Translations under genes and position numbers: made by a program
Shown here: positions 55,647 through 64,000 of the stretch, in pieces
Numbering within the stretch: position 1 is the first letter of the stretch
Layout of the letters: each line of letters starts with the position of its first letter
IMG/VR virus record: IMGVR_UViG_3300010413_000022
Location: 5,703-69,702 of that record
From: a virus
Strand: one strand, 5' to 3'
DNA: 64,000 bases
The notes under the pieces: model-generated
What the model was told of the DNA's origin: nothing
The model's input: the letters and a program-made list of their open reading frames with translations, nothing else
Databases searched by the model: none

Positions 55647-56855
55647 CTAAATTTTACCTGCTTTGTCATCTAAATTTTCATCTCCACCAAACAGGGTAGA
55701 TTCAGCCGTATCTTCTTTTTTTGTTTCAGGCTTTTTATCTTCCGGCTTATTTTTGCTGTCAGCATCATTCTTTTTAGCCTCATTTGAATCTTCTGGGGCT
55801 GGATGGTTACTTACTACCTTTTTAGCTTCCTTGTCGTAAGAATAGCCTAATTTTGCCATCTGAGCATTGATAGCTATTTTCATCCCGGCTGCATACTTTT
55901 TAGGCTGTTTTACAGCAAACTCCAAAACAACATCCATTCCAATAGTGCTGTCAACATTTCCTGTAAGCTCATTAAACAATTTGTAAAACCTGTCATCAAG
56001 CATCTTGTCAATTTGAACCCGGTAAGTCTGGCTTAAGTTTTCATTGTCAATTTCATCTTTAAGAATCATTAACTCATCAACCGTGTTGCATTGGTTGATA
56101 AATTCACGGTATTTCTCAACTGCCTTCTGTGCCTCTACCATTTCCTCAGACAAAGAGTTCATTTTATCCTTACAACGCTGGATAAGGTCGCCTGTAAAGT
56201 TTTCAAAGTTAGGCTCAGAGTAGTGAGGTATAAGTTGCTTGTCAAACTCAGCACTGTTTTTTCCCTCGTGCATGTCAGTAGGGTTAAAGTCAATTACTCG
56301 CTTGTCATTCTCCATGTAAAGAAAACCAACCAAATCGGCAGCACCTTTAAGAATGTCGTAACTACCACCTGTAACCTTTGGTTTTTTCTTGTTATATCCA
56401 CCTTCCTCAACATCTGCATCGTGGGCAATGAAAATAACATCAACTTTCTTAAGCCTCATTTGGTTAACAAACTGGTTAAAAACATTCTTCATTGCACCGT
56501 ATCCGGACAAGCCTAAAGAACCGTCTTTTTTAGCGTTCTTGGCATCCTGCTTGATAACACTGGCAGCAACGTAGTTATCTAGCATTGTGCCAACGGTGTC
56601 AATAATAAGGGTTTTTACTCCTTCTGCTTCTATACCTCCATTCATGTAGAAGTCTACAGCATCCTCCCAGCTTTCAACCCTTGCAGCTCTACCACGCTTA
56701 ACAGAACGTTGTATACCACCATCAAAGTCAAGTAAGAAAGCATTTGGAGACCTAAATGCTAAACTTGTTTTACCAATTCCGGGTATCCCAAAAATTACCA
56801 TAAAAATACTTTCAACCTGTAAAGGCTGGTCTGCATCAATAATTTGTAATGCCAT
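55647..56855 (-). CDS. Sak4-like AAA_24 ssDNA-annealing ATPase
   Basis: GIPGIGKTSLA, LLDFDGG, LIIDT, FIAH, D.VGFL. Confidence 0.85.
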   Translation of the reverse strand: MALQIIDADQPLQVESIFMVIFGIPGIGKTSLAFRSPNAFLLDFDGGIQRSVKRGRAARVESWEDAVDFYMNGGIEAEGVKTLIIDTVGTMLDNYVAASVIKQDAKNAKKDGSLGLSGYGAMKNVFNQFVNQMRLKKVDVIFIAHDADVEEGGYNKKKPKVTGGSYDILKGAADLVGFLYMENDKRVIDFNPTDMHEGKNSAEFDKQLIPHYSEPNFENFTGDLIQRCKDKMNSLSEEMVEAQKAVEKYREFINQCNTVDELMILKDEIDNENLSQTYRVQIDKMLDDRFYKLFNELTGNVDSTIGMDVVLEFAVKQPKKYAAGMKIAINAQMAKLGYSYDKEAKKVVSNHPAPEDSNEAKKNDADSKNKPEDKKPETKKEDTAESTLFGGDENLDDKAGKI

Positions 56856-56891
56856 TTTTGAATAATTTTAATTAATAAATAAATACAAAAT

Positions 56892-56923
56892 ACAAATATA
56901 ATACTTTTTTACTACTGTCAAAA
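56892..56923 (-). promoter_or_regulatory. promoter/operator TTTTGACAGTAGTAAAAAAGTATTATATTTG
   Basis: One mismatch to the copy at 28698-28729. Confidence 0.75.
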
Positions 56924-57478
56924 TATTGGAGTTTTAGAAGCTTCCTGTCTTAACCAAGCAATACGTTGTTGGATTGCTTTGTCAATAGAATCCAATTTTG
57001 TCAGCAATCTTTCTATACGGCTAATCTCCGACTTGTAGGAAGCTGCTTGCATCAATTCAATGTGTTTAATAGACTTGGCTTTTGACCGGGCTGCATGTGT
57101 GCCTATATCTTTTGACGTTTGGTCAATTATACGGTTTATTTCAATGTCATTTAACTGGTCTCTGGCATTGAATTTTTTCACTGCATCAGTTAACCTCTGG
57201 CTTAACCAATAAGAACATGTTACAATTTTATCTCTGGCATCCAAAAGCTCATATACATGTGCATTAGTACCATGTTTATGATACCATTTTACAACCCCAT
57301 CAAGAAGCTCATAAATTTCATCATCATCAAGATTATAACTGCCATCAACAAAATGTTCATAATACTTGTTGAGAACCCACTTATGGAATTGTTCAGCCCG
57401 GATATATTGAAGGTTAACATTTTTTTCAGAAGCATACGCCCGGCGTAAGCTTTCTTCAAACTCTTTTACACTTGCCAT
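56918..57478 (-). CDS. hypothetical helical protein (UvsY-like position and shape)
   Basis: Coiled-coil C-terminus in recombination module. Confidence 0.65.
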   Translation of the reverse strand: MASVKEFEESLRRAYASEKNVNLQYIRAEQFHKWVLNKYYEHFVDGSYNLDDDEIYELLDGVVKWYHKHGTNAHVYELLDARDKIVTCSYWLSQRLTDAVKKFNARDQLNDIEINRIIDQTSKDIGTHAARSKAKSIKHIELMQAASYKSEISRIERLLTKLDSIDKAIQQRIAWLRQEASKTPIF

Positions 57479-57642
57479 TAATTAAGGATTATAAACGTTT
57501 CATACTCTTTGTTTTCTTCTTTAAATAGGTAACTCATTTTAGCCGTTGTTTCTTGTACCCGGCAAGCTCGTGTAAATTTATTGTAATAATGAATATCACC
57601 CCAGCTTTTAAATGTCAATTGAACTAATTTTAATTCATTCAT
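57478..57642 (-). CDS. 54-aa hypothetical protein
   Basis: MNELKLVQLTF...IILN*; coupled at both ends. Confidence 0.55.
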   Translation of the reverse strand: MNELKLVQLTFKSWGDIHYYNKFTRACRVQETTAKMSYLFKEENKEYETFIILN

Positions 57643-59615
57643 TTCTGTTCCATTATTTGTTTAGCAATATAGGTACTGACCTTGGTTTGTATTTCAGTAC
57701 TGCCTCCTGTAGCCTCTTTTTCCATTTCCATGCGCTGCATAATTACGTCATAAATACCTTCATCAACCGTATTTTCTCCAAGGAAAGCATAACAGTTAAC
57801 GGCATTCTCCTGACCTATTCTATGGCATCTATCCTCAGCTTGTGATTTATCCTTATAAGTCCAACCGTCCTCAATGCTAATCCAATGAGAGGCGGCGGTA
57901 AGTGTATGACCTACTCCACCACGCTTATATGTTACCACAATTATCTTGTACCTGTTATCGGTTTGAAATAGTTGTTTGTTTCTTTCTACTTCCTTATCAT
58001 TTTGGTCTCCGGTAATAAACACAACATCTTTGAAAGCTTTGCCTATAGCTCTGGCAGTTTCGAGAAACCAGCAAAAAATAACAACCTTTTTATTGTCATT
58101 GATAATGTCATGCACAAACTCTGTAACGGCTGGCAATTTACCTCTTGCTGATATTTGGCGCAATACACCAATCTTAACAAGTACCTCAGCTTGCAAAGCC
58201 CTATCAATACGCTCAGGGTCATAATTCTTTTCAATCATCCATTGCTGGAACATATTAAGAGCCTTGTCGTATTCATCCCGGTTCTCTAATTCAACCTTTA
58301 CAACCTGCCTTATTTTGTCTGGCAGTTCCTTAAGTACCTGAAATTTCTCCCGGCGAATAAAACAAAGAGACCTAAGCTTAATATTAAGCTCTTTGAGGTT
58401 GGCAGGTATTTGCTTTCCATATAAGCTGTTTCCTGTCATTTTATTGTATTGGCGTATAAACTTATACCTGCCTCCAAAATCGTCTATTCTGCCTATTAAT
58501 TCAAGCAGTGAGGCAAAGTCAGCCGTACCCTTTACAATTGGTGACCCGGTTAAACATATCCTAATTTCAGCCGCCAAAGAAATAGGCTTTATAGTCTTGA
58601 ACCTTAATGTTTGATTATTTCTGCATTCGTGGGCTTCATCAATGATGCAGCTTTTAAATATTTTACCGAAGTCAAATGTGGTAACTTTCTGGTATGTTTT
58701 CCCGGCATTTGGTCCTTTGGTAATTGTAACCTCTTTTATTTCCTCTGTAAACATGGTTCTTGCAGCTTCATAGTTGGCAATAAAATAATGAGCAAGACCA
58801 CTTTCATAGAACCTGTTCAATTGCCGGGCATTTGATTTATTTATAATCATAGCCTTTTTGTGGGTAAACTTATGTATCTCGTTTTGCCAATTAAGCCTCA
58901 GAGACTTTGGACAAAATATAATACATGGAAAAGCATCTAATCCAAGTACTACACCCATGCCTTGCGGTGTCTTACCAAGACCCATTTCATCGGCGTTGAT
59001 ATGCTGTCTGTTTTTTATACCGTAATCAATCCCGGCACTCTGGAAAGGGTAAGGCTCTAATTTAAAAGGCAGGTTTAACTCTACCTTTTCAGCTTTATAC
59101 GAAGCTTCGTAATTGTCAGTAATGTTCTCAATCATTACCCTACCTTTTTCTGTTAATTTAAAGCCGTATGCACTTCCAAACTTCTTAAGGGCTTCGTTCT
59201 GGGCTAATGGTACATTCCAATACCGCTTGTCTTTATTCCATGATGAACCCGGTATTTGTTTTATAGCTTTGTATAAATGGTCTGAATAAGGAAAATGTAC
59301 AACAAAAGCATCTTTATCATAACCAATAAGCTTTTCCCTTGGAAGTTTCAGGACTTTTGTAGGTTTTTGAACCTGTGTGGTTATTGGAGGAACTAAACCA
59401 AAGTCATAGCCAACTTTCTGCAGATGGTTTGCCAATGGTTTAATAATGTTGTAAACACGGAAAGCTTCTGCCCGTGTCCAATCTGTTTTCTTCCATAAAG
59501 ACCTAAGAAATATTTCATTTCCATTAATGGTATTAGGTGGAAGTAGTTTTTTTCTGAAAAGCTCACCGAAATACTTGTAAGCCAATTTAAGTTCTGTAAA
59601 CTCATCTTTACTCAT
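57639..59615 (-). CDS. SNF2-family helicase with HARP-like domain (start ~59615)
   Basis: ADEMGLGKT, DEAH, LTGSP, QAEDRCHRIGQ; IKQIPG..WN...RYW. Confidence 0.9.
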   Translation of the reverse strand: MSKDEFTELKLAYKYFGELFRKKLLPPNTINGNEIFLRSLWKKTDWTRAEAFRVYNIIKPLANHLQKVGYDFGLVPPITTQVQKPTKVLKLPREKLIGYDKDAFVVHFPYSDHLYKAIKQIPGSSWNKDKRYWNVPLAQNEALKKFGSAYGFKLTEKGRVMIENITDNYEASYKAEKVELNLPFKLEPYPFQSAGIDYGIKNRQHINADEMGLGKTPQGMGVVLGLDAFPCIIFCPKSLRLNWQNEIHKFTHKKAMIINKSNARQLNRFYESGLAHYFIANYEAARTMFTEEIKEVTITKGPNAGKTYQKVTTFDFGKIFKSCIIDEAHECRNNQTLRFKTIKPISLAAEIRICLTGSPIVKGTADFASLLELIGRIDDFGGRYKFIRQYNKMTGNSLYGKQIPANLKELNIKLRSLCFIRREKFQVLKELPDKIRQVVKVELENRDEYDKALNMFQQWMIEKNYDPERIDRALQAEVLVKIGVLRQISARGKLPAVTEFVHDIINDNKKVVIFCWFLETARAIGKAFKDVVFITGDQNDKEVERNKQLFQTDNRYKIIVVTYKRGGVGHTLTAASHWISIEDGWTYKDKSQAEDRCHRIGQENAVNCYAFLGENTVDEGIYDVIMQRMEMEKEATGGSTEIQTKVSTYIAKQIMEQK

Positions 59616-59826
59616 GCCGTCTGTCATATTTTTCGTCCGGATCAGGTTCATATACATGCTTTGTTTCAGAATAACCACATAATGAACAATATTCCTGTAT
59701 CCATATTGGTTTATAATCTGGTGGAACATCACGGTCACCGCTTGGTATTTCCAAGTATTCACCATTTAACTCTATTAAGTTAGGGTTGCCACAATAAGGG
59801 CATTGGTCACTAAGTTCTAAATCCAT
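59608..59826 (-). CDS. small zinc-ribbon protein
   Basis: CPYC...CSLC. Confidence 0.7.
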   Translation of the reverse strand: MDLELSDQCPYCGNPNLIELNGEYLEIPSGDRDVPPDYKPIWIQEYCSLCGYSETKHVYEPDPDEKYDRRHE

Positions 59827-59848
59827 ATTGTTGCTGCATTAATTTGGT

Positions 59849-59881
59849 GCTAATATATAATTATTTTTACTACGGTCAAAA
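59849..59881 (-). promoter_or_regulatory. promoter/operator TTTTGACCGTAGTAAAAATAATTATATATTAG heading the replication operon
   Basis: Copy of the recurring motif. Confidence 0.7.
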
Positions 59882-59889
59882 TAAAAAGC

Positions 59890-59965
59890 AAAAAAATAGG
59901 GGTGCTATTTTTAGAATTTTTTTGCAGCAACAACAAATTCGGTAGGAGCACCCCTAAACACCACT
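59890..59965 (-). ncRNA. candidate trans-acting antisense small RNA
   Basis: TATATTTG -7 box at 59967-59974, 10-bp GC-rich basal stem, second stem, U7 tail; loop and 5' tail complementary to several start-codon regions. Confidence 0.6.
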
Positions 59966-60065
59966 ACAAATATAACGTAAATATTTGAATGTGGGTTACT
60001 ATTTTTTGTATTTTATTATGATAGTCATTTACCTAATTTTGATAATAAAATTATTCGTTTTGTGT

Positions 60066-60674
60066 TTAATAATTTGTTATGTCCTCAATCATTAAAAGTT
60101 TCATGTTTTCAAAGTGAGTTTTAATAGACCTGGTCGCAGCTTTTATTCTCTTATCGTCTTCTGAGCAAGCATATATGTTCCTCAAAATAGTTTTATAAAT
60201 AGCATCTGTCCAACTATTGTCCATAAACTCGCTTATTCTTCTCGTCTTATATTTAAATTTTCCTAACACATTTCTATTTTCTTGCCAAATGTGATCAATG
60301 TTTTCACGTAATTTAAGTTCAATATATTCTTTATTTTCTTTGATGTGGTTGTTTTCAATAATATCTCGTGCAATATAAATTAATTCACCTGAATTTGCAA
60401 TTACTAGGGGCTTTAAAATAGCTTCACATTGCTCAAGTGATACACTTTCAGAATATTGATGTTGTAAAATTTCTTTAATGTCAACCAGTAAATTTATTTG
60501 TTCTTGAAATATTTTCACGGATTTTACTGCCCCTCTATTATTTATAATATTTCTGACAATGAATGATATGTTGATCAACAATGTTATTATAAACAATAAT
60601 AACATAAACTTACCATATCCTATTAATTTGATTAATTCTGAAATTTCATCTACTGTCAGATTGTCTGGGTGCAT
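60066..60674 (-). CDS. hypothetical membrane protein
   Basis: N-terminal TM then helical domain. Confidence 0.7.
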   Translation of the reverse strand: MHPDNLTVDEISELIKLIGYGKFMLLLFIITLLINISFIVRNIINNRGAVKSVKIFQEQINLLVDIKEILQHQYSESVSLEQCEAILKPLVIANSGELIYIARDIIENNHIKENKEYIELKLRENIDHIWQENRNVLGKFKYKTRRISEFMDNSWTDAIYKTILRNIYACSEDDKRIKAATRSIKTHFENMKLLMIEDITNY

Positions 60675-61047
60675 AATGTGAATTAATTAATATTTGTAAT
60701 TTTTTCCTTAATTTTTGTATGTCTATTGGATATATAAATATATCGTCTTTATTTAAATATTCAATTTTTTCAATAATTTCACAACTACTATAAGCATATG
60801 CAGTTACCAATAAGACTGGTATTTGACATGTATCAGGATTATTCTTCAATTTGTTGATAACTTCAATACCATTAATTTTAGGCAACATTAAATCTGTTAT
60901 AATAATATCAGGGGCTTCATTAAATGCAATTGTCAAACCAGCCTCGCCACTACTGGCAATTATTACATCATAATTATTGCTGAAAAATTTAATATAAAAA
61001 TGTTTATTTATGTTTTCATCATCAATTACGAGCAGTTTAGGTTTCAT
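60646..61047 (-). CDS. single-domain response regulator (CheY-like receiver)
   Basis: LLVIDD, PDIIITDLMLP.ING, IPV..VTA; conserved KP replaced by YP. Confidence 0.88.
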   Translation of the reverse strand: MKPKLLVIDDENINKHFYIKFFSNNYDVIIASSGEAGLTIAFNEAPDIIITDLMLPKINGIEVINKLKNNPDTCQIPVLLVTAYAYSSCEIIEKIEYLNKDDIFIYPIDIQKLRKKLQILINSHYAPRQSDSR

Positions 61048-61250
61048 TATTTTTTTTCTTTTTCTTGTTGTTTCTGTCCTAATTTTAATCCAATCAATGT
61101 CCCTTGTATACCGGAGTAAAATGCAAGTAACACAGCCGGTGAAATAGATTCAAATGCTAAATAAGTAGTTATTGCCATTGCCCAAAAAGAACCTACAACA
61201 AAGACAAGCCTTGTTGAACTTTTTTCACTTTTTTCTTTTAAAAAACTCAT
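61047..61250 (-). CDS. small two-TM protein (holin-like)
   Basis: KSSTRL, two TM segments, charged tail. Confidence 0.55.
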   Translation of the reverse strand: MSFLKEKSEKSSTRLVFVVGSFWAMAITTYLAFESISPAVLLAFYSGIQGTLIGLKLGQKQQEKEKK

Positions 61251-62059
61251 AATTCTTCATATATAGTTATTAAATGAGGAGCCGGTCTATTGCCCCCAAA
61301 GTATAAATCAAGCAACCAGTATAAACTACCTTTTATCTCAGTTTTTGCGTAGTTTCTATACTCTTTATTTAGATATTCAACAAGTATTTTTACCACACCT
61401 GTCTGTTTATCTACATTTATTATGAATATAGCTGGCTTGTTGATTGGAATTTCACAAATGTCACTACGGGTCCTTTCACCTTTGTCATAGGCATATTTAT
61501 AAATTCTTATTGAACTGTTCCTATCTTGGCAGTTCCAAGCTATTCTTATACTTGACCAATGCTGTGGTTTAAATACCGCCAATCCTAATAACTTAAACCA
61601 AGGATAAATGTTTTTACCTTCAAACGACTTAAGTTTTCTTATGACTGGAAAAAACCTCATTGATACACCAAATAGTTTGTTTTTATCTCCATCATCTGCA
61701 TCATTGAACCTGTATATAGCCGTTTCATTAAAGGTTATCATCCTTTTTATTGTTAAGCTGTCACCACGAAACAATTTTAGAGGCCAATGAGTACGATCCG
61801 GATAATGTTTACCTTTTTCTATTGACCTTCTATTCTCTACCCATAACACCCTCATGAAAACACCCATAATAAGCCCAAACAGGAACGTTGATGCAAAAGA
61901 TATAAACAACACCGTAGCTAATCCATTTAAGCTGAAAACGGCTGCTATAATGCAGCCAAAAAAGCATAATATGACAAACTTAAACAAATGCCTATTAAAA
62001 AAGTTTATAATTTGTTTCATCGCATTAAAATTAATTATCTGATCTGGATTGTTCAACAA
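61247..62059 (-). CDS. membrane-anchored beta-sandwich hypothetical protein
   Basis: Two TM segments; NKLFG, H.SS.R..WN, YFGG..PAPH. Confidence 0.7.
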   Translation of the reverse strand: MLNNPDQIINFNAMKQIINFFNRHLFKFVILCFFGCIIAAVFSLNGLATVLFISFASTFLFGLIMGVFMRVLWVENRRSIEKGKHYPDRTHWPLKLFRGDSLTIKRMITFNETAIYRFNDADDGDKNKLFGVSMRFFPVIRKLKSFEGKNIYPWFKLLGLAVFKPQHWSSIRIAWNCQDRNSSIRIYKYAYDKGERTRSDICEIPINKPAIFIINVDKQTGVVKILVEYLNKEYRNYAKTEIKGSLYWLLDLYFGGNRPAPHLITIYEEL

Positions 62060-63446
62060 ACGTATTTGTCCCTATACATATCAATACTAATATATCATTA
62101 GCTCCGCCTATCCAGTTCCCGTTTAAATTAAAATTACCGGAATCATTTATAGAAATAGTATAGGTATCACTGTTGCCTATTAATTTATATACCCCTCCTA
62201 CTGCCGCATCGTCTAAATTAGTTACTATTGTTGATAAAGATGTGGCATTATGCAATAATATAGATGTATTAGATACAGATGGTGTTGCATCTCCCTGTGC
62301 TAATGTTCCTATATAACCACAGCCTGAAATTTCAGAAGTTACCAGCATATCACCAGACATAGTTGTGTAATCCGGGTTTGTAAGCCTTGCCCAATTTTCG
62401 TTTAATTCAAGGTCACAAGATCCGCCTGAAGTTTTTGATTTTATAATTGTTTTTGTTGTTGTTACATTAAAGGCACCCCCATAATTTGAAGAATTATAAG
62501 CATTTAATCCCGCTGTTCCCATTCCGGTGTATATTTCCCAGTATGCTGATCCGGTCCCGAAAGAAATCCAATCCATATTCCCAGTTGTACCAGGTGCCCA
62601 GTTCAAATATTCCGTATTAGAGCTATTGCCCCAGTACCAGCCGGAATAGGGAGATGCAGCATCTCCGAATGACCAATTTGTTTCAAAATCTCCTGCGGTA
62701 CCAAAACTTGTGCCATTTTTAAATTGAATATCACCTGTAGACCCTGAAGGGGGTTCTATACCTAAGGCTATTGAATCAAATGTTTCTTTCGTAACCTTTC
62801 GTCCCTTGATATACATAGAATCAATTGATATATCTTTGAATTTAGCTGATGTTAATTTAGCTAATAGTGAATCCGTCTTGAATTTATATAAGGTATCTAT
62901 TCCTAAAATGAAATACACATAGTCCTCTTCTACGTTTACAGATGCACTACTTCCTGAAAAGTTAGTACCCGTCATGGCTGCCCTACCTGATGTATCACAA
63001 AAAAAACTTCCCCCTTTATTTGAATTAGAATATGCTAATGTTGTTGACTTTGTTGACAAGCCTACATAGCTATATTTTCCACCACCAATATTATGTCGAT
63101 TAAATACATTGTGTCCTGCAATTACTGTAAGGCTATCAAAATTAAGAGAATCATGATCAGATTTTATCCTGTCACTATATAAAATACTAAAATCTCCGGT
63201 ATCAGCGGAGCTTTTAGTATTTATACTTTTAAATAATGTATTTAAAATTTCTTTGTTTAAAACACTGCCTTGAACACTAATAGAATCAAAATACACATAT
63301 TTCATTGTAGTGCTGTCAGAACCGTATTGAGAACTGCCTCTTACTTCAATATGACCATATACAATTAAATCATTTTTAACCCGGTCTTGTGAATGTGAGT
63401 TAAATGCAATTAAAAGCGCAAATAGCGCAACAATTAATTTTCTCAT
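62031..63446 (-). CDS. signal-peptide-bearing fibre-like protein
   Basis: MRKLIVALFALLIAFNSHSQ leader; PSGSTGDIQF..G.SFG fibre motif; Ser/Gly/Thr-rich. Confidence 0.65.
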   Translation of the reverse strand: MRKLIVALFALLIAFNSHSQDRVKNDLIVYGHIEVRGSSQYGSDSTTMKYVYFDSISVQGSVLNKEILNTLFKSINTKSSADTGDFSILYSDRIKSDHDSLNFDSLTVIAGHNVFNRHNIGGGKYSYVGLSTKSTTLAYSNSNKGGSFFCDTSGRAAMTGTNFSGSSASVNVEEDYVYFILGIDTLYKFKTDSLLAKLTSAKFKDISIDSMYIKGRKVTKETFDSIALGIEPPSGSTGDIQFKNGTSFGTAGDFETNWSFGDAASPYSGWYWGNSSNTEYLNWAPGTTGNMDWISFGTGSAYWEIYTGMGTAGLNAYNSSNYGGAFNVTTTKTIIKSKTSGGSCDLELNENWARLTNPDYTTMSGDMLVTSEISGCGYIGTLAQGDATPSVSNTSILLHNATSLSTIVTNLDDAAVGGVYKLIGNSDTYTISINDSGNFNLNGNWIGGANDILVLICIGTNTFVEQSRSDN

Positions 63447-64000
63447 GATAGTATCATTTTACGTGTTATAGAATAAGTAATTACTGTATCGTTGCCATCA
63501 GGGGCATCTTGATCATTGTAAGCAAGCCTAAGCTCATTACCACTTATCAATTTACTAAAAATTATAAGATGATCATCACCTTTACCTGAATTTTCAAGCA
63601 GGTCAGTCCCAGGCGAATTTGTAAGTATTATAATACCCTTACCTTCAAGAGTTCCACGGGTAAAATAGTAATCAATAGTAACAGATTTATTTTCTGTTAT
63701 ATCACCTACCTGGATAGACGTTGCTGTTTGGTTGTTTGGTATTGTTAATTCACTTTGGTTTTCAACCTCTGGATATGTATTGACAATATTTATACGTGTG
63801 CCATTTTTTAATGACAGATATTCTTTTTTTGTGCTTTTTAAAGTTGATATTAAATTACCATCATTATCATAACTAAATATATCCGCTACAAATCCAACAG
63901 CATCATAAGTATTATCAATTAAATAATTGACATTGCGTAATAATGTATAAACATAGCCTTCAGTAAAATTACATTCATAAACCCAATTACCAAATCTATT
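63443..64000 (-). CDS. partial fibre-like protein (5' end outside window)
   Basis: Hand-translated open frame ...IDYYFTRG...LRLAYND...ITYSITRKMILS*; ATGA overlap with next gene. Confidence 0.65.
   Translation of the reverse strand, partial: NRFGNWVYECNFTEGYVYTLLRNVNYLIDNTYDAVGFVADIFSYDNDGNLISTLKSTKKEYLSLKNGTRINIVNTYPEVENQSELTIPNNQTATSIQVGDITENKSVTIDYYFTRGTLEGKGIIILTNSPGTDLLENSGKGDDHLIIFSKLISGNELRLAYNDQDAPDGNDTVITYSITRKMILS

Noticed and set aside
1309-61790. Plus-strand ORFs in the track (e.g. 8748-9758, 18739-19230, 56091-56516)
   Set aside because: Nearly all are antisense shadows of well-supported minus-strand genes and none shows a recognisable motif.
1-64000. Stop-codon reassignment (TAG or TGA), as in some Bacteroidota phages
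   Set aside because: Core genes are full length in the standard code, and TAG and TGA both end genes at sensible, often coupled, positions.
1-64000. tRNA, rRNA, integrase or transposase genes
   Set aside because: No cloverleaf with a T-loop consensus and no recombinase or DDE motifs recognised by eye; a tRNAscan run would be needed to exclude tRNAs fully.

Overview
The whole window is part of one AT-rich contractile-tailed (myovirus-type) phage genome, most likely infecting Bacteroidota (TAnnTTTG-type -7 promoter boxes, A-rich leaders without Shine-Dalgarno, a Bacteroides-phage-type Amidase_3, a lipoprotein with a C-E-K-D-E export motif). Essentially all genes are on the minus strand. In transcription order (right to left) the modules are: fibre-like, membrane and receiver-domain genes (60-64 kb); recombination and replication genes (SNF2/HARP, Sak4-like, PD-(D/E)XK, initiators, RusA; 52-60 kb); a ParB/PAPS-reductase/GNAT candidate DNA-modification operon (47.8-51.3 kb); endolysin, exonuclease, ParB and DUF550 (40-47.7 kb); terminase (35.6-38.9 kb); a ~10 kb run of small accessory ORFs; head, neck, tail and baseplate genes with a clear -1 frameshifted tail chaperone; a tail fibre; and a D-Ala-D-Ala-ligase-like gene running off the left edge. 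The most striking unannotated signal is regulatory. A ~75-nt promoter-plus-hairpin unit at ~59,890-59,965 has a loop and 5' tail complementary to motifs lying at the start codons of at least seven dispersed phage genes, most of which sit directly behind a shared TTGAC-N4-GT(C)AA operator/promoter. This suggests a two-layer repressor plus trans-acting antisense RNA system. All protein calls come from motif recognition by eye; no database search was run.
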